The notes beneath the pieces are model-generated. The model worked only from the letters and a program-made list of their open reading frames with translations. It was not told where the DNA came from and ran no database searches. This document shows, one piece after another, positions 1 to 14,117 of a stretch of DNA of 50,662 bases. The stretch comes from Girardia tigrina (taxonomy: Eukaryota): NCBI GenBank assembly GCA_001938485.1, contig MQRK01241424.1, positions 1 to 50,662 of the forward strand, written 5' to 3'. The position numbers and the translations under genes are program-made. Positions within the stretch are counted from its first letter, which is position 1. Each line of letters opens with the position of its first letter.

Positions 1-3000
1 TTATACTATAAAAAGTTGGCTGTATACACCCGTTACATTATTTAAATGTTATAACTATTCTGCTGTAAATGTCATAAATTTATCAAATATATTGTGCTAA
101 AATGTGAGAGTCAACAGACTTTTGTCCACAGCTGTATATATATATATATATATATATGGAATTTAGAAACCTGTTTTTAAAGGCCTTCTACTCAATTAAT
201 TTTCTCCAATCTTTGCACACTTACTCATTCTCGATGACAATAAATGATTATGTAAAAATTTGATCAAAAAAACCTTTTTAAGATCCCAAAATGGGGAAAA
301 ACGGAAAATGCGGAGTTCCCGAACAATAATAATTGCAAGATGTCTACTTATAAATGATAAGTAGTTTATATTAATTTTTAATGTGTTTTTTTAATTAAAT
401 TTTTTAAATTTTAAAAACTTTGTTTGCAAAGTAGAGTTCTGTCTGCATAAAGAATGGATATAAAAAATTAAAATTTTTGATTTACTAGTTATGTTTTTAA
501 TTATAATCTTTTTCTTTGAAAAAAATTCATATTAAAATTTATTTATCACCAATTAGACATTTAATTTGACACAGACTATCTATTTAAAGTTCTAATGTTC
601 TTTCAATCGATGAACTGCCCGAAGATGTTCTATTCAGAACAAACCACTTTGGCTTTTAAAAAAATTTATAATTTTAGACTCACTTTGGAACTTCAGGAAT
701 ATAATATCTTTAGCAAAATTTTTAACATCTTGTAAAAAAGGTGCTATTGTACTCGGTATGTTTGTACATGTATGTGTAAGTTGATGAACACCCTTTTTGG
801 GCACTACACTATAATAAGTTCTCGCAAACTATTTTTGGATAGGTATCGTCAGTCCCTTATTAATATAATTTTTAACAATTAATTCAAACACCATTTTTTA
901 GAAAATTGTATCTCGTAATTTTAGAGTGCTACTTGATTTTATATTTTCATATAGGACCAATTTTTTCATCTGCAATGATTATTTGTAAAATCTGTATTGT
1001 GTAGATAAAAGTTGAATTAGGTCGATCGGTTTGCTTTGTTTTCTTTGGATAGATTATGCGATACCAAAACACCTACTCTATTTATTAATCTACTGTAAAA
1101 GTTATTGGATGGTCGACCGAGGTTGGTTAAGAGTGATTCAGATTCTAGATTGTCTAACATGGATTTGATTTCGCTTCCGCTCTTAGCTCATCTGTGTCTA
1201 AATTTGTATGCTCTTCCTATTCGATATCAGCAGGAAAGATCAAAAATACCGGATCTGAAATTAGAAATCCTTATTTGGCATTTACAAACTTCTAATGTAG
1301 ATGGATAAACATGGTAAATGTTTTTGTTAAAAACTCAAAAGTTATATAATACCAGTTATGTATCTTTTTTGGAATTTGGCTAGTCATTTCATTTAAAGTT
1401 GTAAAAATAATTTTTTAATTTAATTTTTTTACAAGTAAACAAGTCATTTTAAGCTTTAAGTAATTTAAAGTATTCATGGGTTGCTAAATGGTTAACAAAA
1501 GTAGTTTTTAACAACAACATTTATCATGTTTATTCGTCTACATTAGAAGTTAACACTTAAACATTTTTCTTTTATTAGGAATTTTGAGATTCACATATCT
1601 TGTTATATTAAACATTTAATCTCTCAACTGCTCAAAGTGTCAACCTTCGACCTTGCAACAATGTTAAACTCTAGAGCATTCTGACGCAGTACGACACAAA
1701 TCCTAGTCTCTCAATATCAGAGAATGCATCAGAAATGTAATCATTCAGTTCATTTTCTGCAAGGAGATCTCTCATAAATAAAAAACAAATTTGCCATTGT
1801 TCAAGTATATCAGTATATTTAGTAAATGTATGACATTTCTGAAACTTGAGTAAGTAGTACAAAATAAGGTTTTAGTATTATTCTTTAACGTATGTATATG
1901 TAAACGTGATAGTAAAAGAGAAACTATGAATAAAGTAATTTATTAAATGATTGATTAAACTGTCAAATGATTGAATATTTAATGTAAAACGTTTAATATC
2001 TAAGCTTTATTTGTGTCAATAAATCTTCTATTTTATAATAAAAGAACAATTGTGAAGTGTTAACTGTAACCATATTTTTTGCCCATCCTGTATCTCTTTC
2101 CCTTAGAGATTGTTCAGCAAATCATTGAAATCACAATTATAAATTTCTCTCAGGGAACGTCAAAATAATAGTTTTGTTTCTGTTGATAACCACAAATTTT
2201 AATAAATTAATACAGACTAGCAGTGTGGAATAATTTAGTAATATTGCAATCCGAAAAAACGTTTTCATTCATTTCAATATTTATTAATACTTCTTAGAAT
2301 TTATTGAGGAGGTCAAAATGTAGCAGTGTCGCAGAGGATAGAATCAAATAGAGACGTCACACATGATTACAGAAATAAGCATCGAATAATGATTGAGTGG
2401 TATCACAGCGGCTCTTGTCTCTTTTTATGCTGATTTGCATGAGCTTAAAATCATTTGAGTCTATTAATGCTAGATGTGGTTCACGATTTTATAATTGCAG
2501 CCAATATTAATGACACCATTTTAAGCTAGCCATTGTTCACTTATAATTGATATTCCGGTTAAAACTGAATAACAAGTAATAAGAATGTAATAATTAGATA
2601 TTTAGTGGTAAAATGCACCATTGATAATTTTTCTTTCAGTCATTTTCTATGAGTGTCATTTATAGCGACATGGCTGCAGTTGAATATTTCAAGTTTCTTC
2701 CAGAAATTAAATAATAAATATAATTCATCTTCAATAGAGTAAAAATAATGACTGTATCAAAGACAAAAGCCCCCGAGTCGTGTTCCCTATCTTAGTGGAA
2801 TTTTCAGAAAGACATTAACTTTTTTTACATCTCCAGTGATCATTTCTATCGCTAAATGTCATTAAATTATTGTGTTACTGCACGTCGTTGACTACATTCT
2901 TTAATTGTTAAAAATATTCAAAAATACATTTACAGACCAAAAGAATTACAAATACATTTTTATTAATTTTCAACAACCCTTATCAATCAGTTGTTAAAAT

Positions 3001-3351
3001 TTTTACTGTAATTTTAATATATATTGTATTGTTTTGAAAGATAACGGAAACGATGTAAATTTAACCTGACTCATTTGATTTCAACCATACAATAACTGAA
3101 GAATTATAAGAAAAAGATTTAATAACATTACTGTATTAAATATAAAACATTTAATTAATTTATTGCTAATGATTTCGATTGATCAACATCATCATCATAC
3201 AAACAATATTTATGTTATCATTAATCAAAATTAATGACAATAATTTATGATGAGCGATTTTCGTGTTTCCAAAACCATTTGCCAGCATCATTTAAATTAT
3301 ATACATAAAAGCCCAATGTTTCATCTGAGTTAACTTATAATATTAACTTTT

Positions 3352-3760
3352 AATATGGAATTGATTATTAAAAACATAAAAGAAGGAAAGAGAATAAAAG
3401 GATGAAAGATAACCAAAAAAATCGTTTTACGGTTTAAGGTTAGGGTTAGTGTTAGGGTTAAGGTTAGGATTTGTAAAGAAAATTATAAAAAAAATTAATT
3501 TACAAAAATTGAAAAATTTAACACCTAATTCGAAACAATAAATAATAGATTATAACTTATATTTTTTTATTAAAACAGAAATTTTCAAGGACGAAATTTA
3601 CATTTTCCCCGTCATACATGATGGTTCCTTTCCTAGTATTTGTATAATTAATTAATAAATTTCGACAGTATAAAAGAACAACAATAAGAAAGAAATATGG
3701 AATTGATTATTAAAAGCATAAAAGAAGGAAAGAGAATAAAAGGATGAAAGATAACCAAAA
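3352..3760. repeat. 67-bp direct repeat (3352-3418 / 3694-3760) enclosing a degenerate (TTAGGG)n tract at 3431-3468
   Basis: AATATGGAATTGATT...GATAACCAAAA occurs twice with one substitution; GGTTAGGGTTAGTGTTAGGGTTAAGGTTAGG lies between the copies. Confidence 0.85.
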
Positions 3761-4520
3761 TAAAATAGCTTACAGTTATCGATGATGTTTCGTTATTATC
3801 AGTTATATATATATATATATATTTGCATTTTTATTTTCAATTTATCTTAAAATAAGAATATTAAAAATATAATACATATATTGTCATTCGACAACTGGGA
3901 AATTTAAATAAATTTATTAAAGTTATTTACATTATCATGCTTTAAGCTTTCGTAATATTTATTAATCAACATTACTCTATACTTTATATTCTAAGTTATT
4001 GTTAACGTAATGAAAGAACAAAAACCATTATTTGACTTTGAAAGATAAGAAGAATTCTACATGGAGATTATCGAAGTGTTCAAATGTGTTATCTGAATTT
4101 TTCTGACATCAATTTAACAATAATTTTCTACGTTATAAAAAAAGATCCCGAAAAAGACTATTTTCCTTGGTACCAAAAGAAAATAGAAATCTATAAATCA
4201 AAATGTTTCTGCACATAGAGAATTCAATGGAAGGTGAAACATGGATGTGACAGCAAGATTGTTAAAGAGCTACTACCACAGTTAGTGTTGATTTTATTCG
4301 AAATGCTACCTCAGACTTATTGAATCTGACATTTGGCCTATGAAAAGTTTAGATCTGAATGTAATGGTCTGTTATTGTATCTTCAGTTCATTACTGACAG
4401 ACATAAAAATCGTCACAACATAAATATACTTGCCACAATTCAGGCTTCAACAGAAACTTGGATTCCACATTTAAGATGATGTCATGTAGATACATGTAAA
4501 TTAATATTTGTCATAAATGT

Positions 4521-4720
4521 ACCGTGATTTTCCGAAAATAAGCGTACTCAACAAGAAGCGCATCTGGGCTGATTTTTTACTTCCATATGAATTGATAAAA
4601 AAATAATTTTAACTTTTGGAAACTGCGATTCTTACCTCGAAATTGACCAATTATTTTTTGATCAATTCATTTGGAAGCAAAAAAATCAGCGCAGATGCGC
4701 TAATTTTTGAAAATCCCGGC
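4521..4720. mobile_element. MITE (Tc1/pogo-like non-autonomous element) with long internal inverted repeats
   Basis: Termini ACCGTGATTTTCCGAAAATAAGCG / CGCTAATTTTTGAAAATCCCGG; inner IR GCGCATCTGGGCTGATTTTTT...AAAAAATCAGCGCAGATGCGC. Confidence 0.7.
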
Positions 4721-6842
4721 AATCTAATTAAAATAACTTAACTTTTTCAAATTTCCCGAATTTCTGGTGACACTCGGTGGATACATTGTTTATATATATA
4801 CTATTTAGTATAACTCTGGTCCAGGACACTTACATGACGATTTTAGTTACAGAAGTGTGTGAACAAATAAAATAATTATTAGTAAATCATTCAAAACAAA
4901 AATTTACACTTTCCTTTAAAATTTTTAAAGAGAATTTTTACAGCAAATAAAAACTTCAAAGTTTATTTTAGGTATATATTATAAACATAATGATCTTTTT
5001 TTTATTATAAGCGAACATCGATCTCTTACATGTAGAATCAGGGAAAGTTGCAAATTTAATCACAAAGCATTATTCTAAGAATTTTATCTAGTCTTAAAGT
5101 GATTTTCATAACCTGTTGTTAGATTTGCACTGGACGTTTTCGAATCATCAGAATGATCTAACAATATATTGTTATATAACAGATGACAATCATCTGTAAT
5201 ATTGCTATTAAAGGCTATTCATGCATCAAGTCGAAACAAATTCGTACATTTTATGACATGAAAAATAATTTATTTATTAGCTCTGAAAAATATGATTTAT
5301 TCTGCCTCTTTCGATAAATTATTTTTGTTTAATTAGTACTTCATAAATACTATGAGAATCATATTGAATTATGGACCAGCGATCAAAATGTCATACTGGA
5401 TAAATAAAATATAACTTCTTTAGAAGTTCTGATAGAACAAACGATTGTTGTGGAATTTAACATGAAATTTTGGCTAGTATTTTTTTTGAAATCCTTTTGA
5501 AACAAGAAATAATAAAGCTTTTGTCAAGTGCATGGTTTTCAAGCCACTGTGACTGGTAATCTGAAACCATGACAGTGACGGTAGCATTACAACAATATCC
5601 AAAGATAAATAAGTGTTTTAATCGGAACGGGAAGAATGAAGACTCCATTATTTATGGCTTGCCAAACGCACGAATCATATGCTCCGAGAAATATATTCGT
5701 ACACTCAAGTAAAAAATCTTTAAATTCGCATCATCCTCAATAACAAAATGCAACTAGACTGAATAACTGAATCCCAATCAAAAATTTTTATCTCGTATTT
5801 TGCATTTCAACTTTGAGCATGTTTAAATTCGATGGTAGAATAACACTTTTCTTGTTGGGAGAGGTTTTTCACTTTGATATCTGAAATGCGTAAAAATGTA
5901 ACTTGTTTTTCAAAAAACTCATTTAGATGTTATGTCAACAAAGAGTTGTGAACAATCATACCTCCAATATACATATTCGCATTTAAATCAAAAAAAGTTT
6001 TCAATGCATAGGGTTTCACTGTTTAGTCATACAGGTGCCAATTCTCAAAATATATCATTATCTGATATACACAGAAAGTCCTCATTGATAAGTTTAAAGA
6101 TATCATAATTAATATTAAAAATATTCTCACAATCAACTCTAAATTATAACAATTTATTGTTCTTCATAGATTTTTAAATGTTTTTGCTTTAATTTAATTA
6201 TTTTTTCTGATTTTATATTAAAATCTTTCTTCGATTTATTTTGAAATAAAATGATGCTATCAAGATTTTTTAATTAAGAAATTTAAAAAATATTTTGGAT
6301 AATTACTTAATTTGAATTATAATTTTCAGAGAAAATTGTTTTTGACAACTTTTAAATTTTGTATTTCTACAAGATGATTTGTTTTGAAAGCAAATTTATA
6401 AAAATTAAGACCAAACAACTTGATCTACAATAGGAAAAATATTCAGTGGAAAATTAGTATTTTTGAAATTGTAATTGAAACTTATTACCATACTTAATTA
6501 AAATACAAAATAAATTAATTTATTACATTTTATTAATATGTCAAAGACGCGGCTTAATTTTAATAAAAAATATTTTCTGGTACATTTTAAACATTTTCTA
6601 AGAATAATTTTACTAGTATGAGACCTAAATAATTTCTGTTATAATGCTGATTACGCGAAGTAATATTTTATATTTTTATTCAAGTTAATATATTTTTTAT
6701 TTTACTTTGTCTTTACCTAACCGAAATTCTAAATACGCCGGTGTATAATTAATATAATATTGTATAGATCGTATTTCTGTTGCTTCACTGATCCTAATAC
6801 GCCTATTTTTAAATTCAATCTAAATTTTAGATTTCCATAAAA

Positions 6843-8786
6843 ATGCAATCTTTAAAGAAGATAATCAATAAACTAGTCGAATTTGCTTACGAACGAAACC
6901 AAAATTTTCCATTGAGCTCCACACCATCCAGTGCATCTGGATCTAATCCTTCTAGTAGAGGAGCCAGTCCTCTTTGTGAAAATTCTGGAGGAAAGTCACC
7001 TCTGCGAACCGTAATAGATATTATACATCATGGTCGCAGAAAATCTTCAACTCCTAAGAAATTAATCAAGGATAATGAGACAACGGATGCTAATGATAGG
7101 GCTACAAGAAAACCAGTATTAAATGAACTGACCAAAGAATCAACAACAATAGCATCAGATGCTTCTGATAATTCACCGCAATTAATGATTGTCGTTGATG
7201 AATTTCAACAAACTCCAAAAACTGAAACCAATATAGTCGTTGAAGATATTTCAAAAACCGTTGAGAAAGCATCATCGATTGATGAAAAAGATTCAGAAGA
7301 GAAAACTATAAGTTCGGTGAAAGAAAATATTGATGATCAATCAAATTTAGGGAGTGAAATAAATTTTGGAGATTTTGTGAATTTATTGAAGACTACTGAA
7401 CCTCCCCAATCATGTATAAAAGAAAAACCAACATCTAGTACAAAGGCGTCTAAACAAAAATCTTCAAAAGCTACAAACAAAGTTATTAAAAAGCAATCTA
7501 AAAAGTCTAAGAAAAAAGTTACTGTTAAAAAAAGTGAATTAAAACCAGTGAGTGAAATTAATCCTGCTGAAGATGAATGGGTACCAGTTAGTAATACTAT
7601 TGATGTTTCTGTGAATAGACCTAGAACGAGAAGCAGGAAGGCTGCCTTACAACCTCCACCGACTGATGAAGTGGATAAGTGTATTGAATCGAGTTTATCG
7701 AATAATAATAACAGTAACACAGACGTTGAACTTATTCTAACGGGATTAAATATCAAAGGTATATTCACAAGCAATGAAAATCCAGATCAGGAAAATACTC
7801 TTCCCTCCAAAGATCAACCTTCATCATCGATAAATTCCTCCACAAATCCATTGGAAAGTCAAAGAAATGAAGAAGAAGAAGATGAAAGTACCAAATTTTG
7901 TTTTGTAAAACTTGAAAGAATGAAAATGAAACAGAAAAAAGATCGAGAAAATGTTCAGCTTTCAAAAGCGAAAGATAATGCAAAACTTCAGAATAATAAC
8001 ACATCGAACATTGAAGATTCTTCTACCTCAAAATCCCAAATCACAGAGACTCTTACAGTGTCGTTATGTGAAGGTAAATCAGATAATTTTCCAATAAAAA
8101 CTGACAATTCCAAAGATCTGTCATCAAATAATAAAACACAAAAGAATTATTCTAAAACTAAATCACAGCCGAACTCGTCGAGTTCCTCTGTCCAGTCCGA
8201 CTCATCCAAACAAGATATCTCAGGTATACAATCAACATCCCAATTAACCGTTTCTCTAAACCGAAATCTTTCCGACGATAATGAAACTGACAATAAACCC
8301 GATTCCAAGAACTCGGGATGTTCATCGACTAATAATCGCAGCAAACGCAAAAAAGGTGTTCCGAAACGAATTCCATTTGATTTTTCATATCCTCAAATCA
8401 GTTCTATCAATTCCACGGTTACGCAAAGTAATCAATCAGCTGACACTGATGCCACGTCCATCGCTGTCTCGGTTCCTGTCGCCAGTGTGGGACCACTATG
8501 TGACAATGAGGCTGTCGATCTGAGTTCGTGTAGTAAAACAAATCAGTCCGATCAACCGGACCAGCCCGTCATCAATACTCAATCAGCAACAAGTGATTCT
8601 CCTGACCCCAACCTCACTCGAAATGAATCGACAGCCAAACTGCCGCCTCCCCTTCAATCAGACTCGACGATCTCCAGCAACAGCTCCTCGAGTATCGTCC
8701 CCACACCATCCGTCCCGACAACCGAGACTCGTCACATACCAGCAGCAAATGATTTTTCGAGTATCGAAAATATATCATCGAATTGA
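6843..8786 (+). CDS. 647-aa Ser/Thr/Lys/Asn-rich, probably intrinsically disordered, nuclear protein of unknown family
   Basis: Uninterrupted 1.9-kb ORF in very AT-rich DNA; AAAATG start just after a TTTTAG acceptor (5'UTR intron likely); basic NLS-like clusters KKQSKKSKKK and RSKRKK; U/G-rich 3'UTR-like tail follows. Confidence 0.8.
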   Translation: MQSLKKIINKLVEFAYERNQNFPLSSTPSSASGSNPSSRGASPLCENSGGKSPLRTVIDIIHHGRRKSSTPKKLIKDNETTDANDRATRKPVLNELTKESTTIASDASDNSPQLMIVVDEFQQTPKTETNIVVEDISKTVEKASSIDEKDSEEKTISSVKENIDDQSNLGSEINFGDFVNLLKTTEPPQSCIKEKPTSSTKASKQKSSKATNKVIKKQSKKSKKKVTVKKSELKPVSEINPAEDEWVPVSNTIDVSVNRPRTRSRKAALQPPPTDEVDKCIESSLSNNNNSNTDVELILTGLNIKGIFTSNENPDQENTLPSKDQPSSSINSSTNPLESQRNEEEEDESTKFCFVKLERMKMKQKKDRENVQLSKAKDNAKLQNNNTSNIEDSSTSKSQITETLTVSLCEGKSDNFPIKTDNSKDLSSNNKTQKNYSKTKSQPNSSSSSVQSDSSKQDISGIQSTSQLTVSLNRNLSDDNETDNKPDSKNSGCSSTNNRSKRKKGVPKRIPFDFSYPQISSINSTVTQSNQSADTDATSIAVSVPVASVGPLCDNEAVDLSSCSKTNQSDQPDQPVINTQSATSDSPDPNLTRNESTAKLPPPLQSDSTISSNSSSSIVPTPSVPTTETRHIPAANDFSSIENISSN

Positions 8787-11743
8787 TCCAATTGTCTCTT
8801 TTTTTACAACTCAGAATCTTTTTATTCTATTTTATTATGGCAGCACTTAGGTTAAAGCACAACAAGAAATCAATGTACATGTAAATAATATATCTGTGAC
8901 GTCATCACTCTTATTCAATCGTGATCTCTCCCTGTCTATCTATATCTGTGTTTTAGTTGATTCGTCAATCATTCGAGACGAACCGTTATTTTGTGATGAG
9001 TTATCGATTATCATTTTATCATTATCACTGTTGTTCTGTATTCGTTGATACACTCTGCCTGTCTGTTCGTTTGTAGATATTTTCTAATTACCATTGTTTT
9101 ATTCTTAATATTATTATTTATTGATATTTATACCAAGTCTGTGTGGTTAGTGACTGTTGAAATTATGCGATGTTTCCAGGAAATGATTGAATGAAAAATT
9201 GGGTTCGAGTTTGGAAATTAGACGATTGTTTTTTTTTTCAAAATCAAAATTTCGATGTGTTATAATTTGTTAATGTTTTGAGAAGTGTATTTTATTTATA
9301 TATATATAAAAATTGTATGTCAAGTGAGTGGTCGATTAGTGAACTGCACTCGCTTTCAATATATCAAACAAACCAGAAGAAAACTAATTTTTATGATCAT
9401 TATTATCAACAGTATCGTGTAAATATGTTCTTTTTTGTTTTTATCGCAATCAAAAAATTAACAGAAACCAAAAAAAACAACTGATGTGTTTGAATTAGCT
9501 GTATTTTTATTTAGATTGTAAATTGAGGTTCTTTAATGATTGTATTTACAAGTTATTATTATTATTAATATATTATTATTATCATTCTGATAGCATTAAT
9601 AAATTTAATTTTTTGATTTTTTTTCTTATTTTTTTCATATTTATTAAATCACGAATGACAATTCAATATTGGTTAATTTTTTGAAATTGTATTTATGTAT
9701 TAATAATTAAGCAATTGAAATAACGATCATTGTTATTTTTGTTGTAAAGCATTTGGTATTTATTTTTTCCCAAATTAAAAATTAAGTAAATCACAGAATG
9801 TTTTTTATGCAAATTCTCTATTTGGAATTTCTTTCAGTGATAAAAATGTTAGTTTAAGTATTTTTGATTAGTATTAATTAAAATTTTTGTATATTTCCTC
9901 GTGAAATATTCTTATTCAAAGCATTTATTTTAGATTGAAGAATAATGAATTTCGATTATTCTCGTTACCAAAACAGGTTACTTTTCTAGACTAGAAGTCT
10001 TTCATATTTTGAAAATGGCCATTATACTCGACATTAATCCACAATAATAGTTACAACATTCGATCAACGGTTAAAATTCCAGATTTATGTTTTCTGTACT
10101 CAAACCACAATGAAAGAAATCTTAAATGGTAAGAGAAAATTTGATTTTGTTTTAATAATAATGTGTTATATTTATTTATAAAATTTCCTGTTTTTGTTTT
10201 CAATAACCTTTTTAACCATGTAAGGAATAAAATTTAAATGAAGTATCACTGTTTCTTTTAAAGGTACATCATGTGTAATATTTTGTTTAATTTTAAACAA
10301 TTTGATTTTAACCTCTTAAAATATCGTGGCAAAATATCTTGATCTTGCTATACTACAAAAATCTTCTCTGTCGATATACCTGGTTGGTCTTATATCTTTT
10401 TACCTTTGAAGTTTACAACTCATTAAACCCGGACAATAACATTTATTTTAATATTTCGAATAATCATAAGAATAGTTCAAAGAAGAAAAAGGAACTGTCA
10501 AATACAAAAAGAATTTTTTTTGTGTATTATACCAATACAAATATATTAATGTATGAGCAAAGTTTCTATATTTTCACTGAAAATAATTAAGAAGAAAGTT
10601 TGTTATTGACACTGAATTTCAAATTTTGTCATTTAATGTATCTTGAACACATGTAAGTCTGTTAGAACAGAGTATTACCAGTTGGTCATGTAGTTAATCA
10701 GTAACTTTTAAACTTTACTGGCTTTCAATAATTAAATAGCATCTATTTAATTATTGTCCATCATGGGGAATCCAGTCTCGTCATTTTATTTACCAATCAC
10801 TGAATACAATGTTTAAATTCAGAAAATAAAGTAACGAATTAAAGGTTATATTAGGGACATTGATTTACTTTACCATTCGTTAACAGTTAAAATAATGAAA
10901 ATATCAACACAATTATTTAAAATAATAAAATATGGTTGAATTATTTCTAAAGTTAAGAAAGCAAAGGGGGTGTATGCGAGGGTTGTTTCATTTCACGTTA
11001 AAATCAAAAAGTCCAAAATCAAATAATAGGCATCAGCCCTTACAAAACCAATAAATTTGAAGCAGTTTGTGACTTCTGCATTCGACATCTCCTATTTAAT
11101 AGGGTTATTTTCATTAAAATGGTACAGATGCCGTGTTATAAGATAGCACATGTTCTATCTTTTTTAATACAATTAGCCTGCATCTATCGGTTGCGTTTTA
11201 GAAATGGAACTCGATCGGAGGAATATCGATGTTTCACATGTGCGTGTCATTTTCACTAAAAATTTCATTGGAATTCTCAAAATGTTTCTTATGTCCATAT
11301 AAGTGGTAAATAAAATACTGATTCGTTCCTTAAAGATGCTTTCACTCTCACATTTATAGTTTTTAAACCCTTGTTTGTACTCAATTTCAAAAAGAGACCT
11401 GTCTCATCGAAGTTTTAAACATTTTTTTTGATTAATACCTGAATTTCAATACATTAATAAATGTTTCTATTCACTATTAAGAAAGTAGAACTAATAGTAG
11501 AACTAGAAGAAAGTGTAATTAATTCGGTGTTTCACCAAAATTCTGCAGACTCATTGTCGATGTCACTGCATTCTCGTGAATTTTTTTTGATAACCATCCT
11601 GTATTTGATTTGCAACGCCTTATCAATCCAACTTTAATGTATTCCTTTGATACTCACATTTCACAGAAAACTCTAGAGCTTGAAGAAAATGACAATGAGT
11701 AAGTCCACTGAAACATTATTTAACATAATATTATTCAAAATGT

Positions 11744-12101
11744 GGGCCTCCCATCTCTTTCAAGAATGGTATTGAGCCTATAGGCTCTTTAGATGGTTCA
11801 CTCAAACCAAATGAGTCTATAAGCTCTTCGATAGGCCTCCTATGGGGACGTCAGCTTTTCGCTTCCACGCACGCTTTGGCAATCCAGTCAGAAACGACCA
11901 GTCATGAATAGTAGCCCCATGATTCTGCATCCCTTTAGCTGTGTACGTGGACTAAAGGGATGCAGAATCATGGGACTACTATCCATGACTGGTCATTTCT
12001 GACTGAATTGCCAAAGCGTGCGTGAAAGCGAAAGGCTGACGTCCATATAGGAGGCATATCAGGGAGCTAATAGACTCATTTGGTTTGGGTGGACCATCTA
12101 A
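11744..12101. mobile_element. Foldback/palindromic insertion (151-bp arms, ~90% identical) flanked by an 11-bp TSD
   Basis: Arms 11788-11938 and 11952-12102; ATTCAAAATGT at 11733-11743 and 12102-12112. Confidence 0.8.
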
Positions 12102-12599
12102 ATTCAAAATGTAAGACAGTTAAAATTTATTGTAAACTGCTTGCGATTACTTGTCTTTTGAATATTATATATACATTAACACTTTAAGATTATCCCTTTA
12201 AACGATAGACTAATTTATAAATAATATGATTGTCTAATTAACAAACTAACTTTAATTTTTATTCTTGATTTGCTTTATATTTATTAATGTACAGAATATG
12301 CGAATATAAATTTATTTTCCATAAATTGAAATGACATATATTCAGAATCAAATAGAATCAATTACACTTTATGGTAGATTGGAAGAAATTCGGGTACTGA
12401 GAACTACAACAGCAATTGATCCATTTTATACAAAATGTATATTTTCTGTGATTTTTAAATTAGATGCTAAAATGAATATATATAAAACACGATATAAAAA
12501 ATTTTTATACATTACTCGGTGCAAAATATCGAACTGCCTGTTTTTATTGATTTTCTAAGTACAAATTTGTGTTTTATGAAGATTGGATCTAACTGAATT

Positions 12600-13010
12600 T
12601 ACATCAAAGTTTGAAAAAAATTAAACCAGAAGATTTTTTTTGTTTAGTATTGAGAATTAACAAATTTCGCCAATCAATAAGCATTTTACTTTGTGCTTTA
12701 ACATAGATTTGGTTGGATACATAATTTAGAAATCAACGTAAGAATTTAAACACTGCCTTTTCCTCATCACCGGTCATGAACCTTATCGAGAAACTGAAAT
12801 GCAAAGTTCAAGAAAATCACACACTACCAAGGCTTTTGTCATTGAAGCTGCACGTTAATTTTGGGTCCAAAACGAAAAACTAGTGCATGTTCAGCACTAT
12901 CTGTTTCTATGCCTGCTAGCATCAACAAATGTAATAGTGATCCTGTGTGATGCACGCATTTTTGATCTTTTTTTCATATTTTATAATGCTTTTTGAATAT
13001 AACTGTTATT
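12600..13010 (+). pseudogene. Tc1-like transposase C-terminal remnant
   Basis: Degenerate WPxxSPDLNPIEN-like coding at ~12750-12795 (…CCTCATCACCGGTCATGAACCTTATCGAGAA). Confidence 0.4.
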
Positions 13011-14117
13011 ATTCTTATTATTAAGATTTTCATTGCGCTTTCTTGGGTGTTGCATTGATTTGACCAATTCATTTTCTGTTGAAATGATTTTTCATGGTTG
13101 GTTAAAGGACTCATGAATTCACACAGAGTAGTGTTGGGTAAGCATAAGATAGTGAAGAAAAATAATATTTATTGGAATAAAGCACTTAGTGTTATTTGAC
13201 ATTTTATTATGTCTACTGATTAGTATATTAACACTTTATAGAAAGCAATTATTAGCAAGGATCATAATTCACTTCTCTCTTAAAATAGTCAAATAAGATT
13301 ACATTTATTTGTCTTGAAATTTAATTCGATATATCAGAAATGCACAAATCATCTAAAAGCAAATTATATTTGTTTGATGGTCAGGGTATTTTGGTACATG
13401 ACATAATCAGGGTTAGGGGTTGAACATTTTTCAATTTTCAAATATTGAATAGTATTTATAATTTATGTAATTTATTGCTAAAAACAGTTTTCTATTATTT
13501 TAAAAGGTGATAGTTCCATTATTTTAACAGATGTTTAACCAAAACTATCAAGCATTAAATTTGTCACTGTGTTTAATATTTATAAATATAGTAGTAAAAT
13601 ACAGTCTGATGCAATTAGGAGCAAATTATCATTCTTCGATAATAAATTCCATATTATAAATATTAAACCAATTAAAAGTTATGAAATACGTTCAAACTGA
13701 TTATAAAAATAAGTAACCACATTAAAGAATAGTCTTAATTATTGAAAAATTGCAAACTCTCATACATAAATGCAATCCGTACATACTAGGCTTTGCTATA
13801 CCAGTATTATGGAACTTTAAAACCGGTATAAAAATTTATAATTAAAAACTATCATGAAGAGATTCGTTTAGTATCTGATGAAACAGAAGAATTTGATGTG
13901 TTGAAAATAAATCTTTCTACTGATCCACTGAATGTAAATGTTTGTAAAGTTGTGAAAATGTTCAAAAACACTTAACATAAATGGTGTTCTTCAAAAATAT
14001 GTTAAAACTCAATTAGATAGGAAGGGTGTTTAATGCATTATTCGAAATCCAGACGGAATACTGTGTTTGATATGCTCGAGAGATTATATGTGCTATATAT
14101 ATATATATATATATATT

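Noticed and set aside
3431-3468. True telomere or chromosome-fusion site
   Set aside because: Only ~6 degenerate units inside a repeat-like context
5104-5164. Minus-strand CTGATGA-TTC-GAAAACGTC within a 9-bp inverted repeat
   Set aside because: No stem II and a mismatch at the first stem I pair; at best a decayed hammerhead
7337-8850. Overlapping and antisense ORFs within the 647-aa gene
   Set aside because: Shadow frames of a compositionally biased CDS
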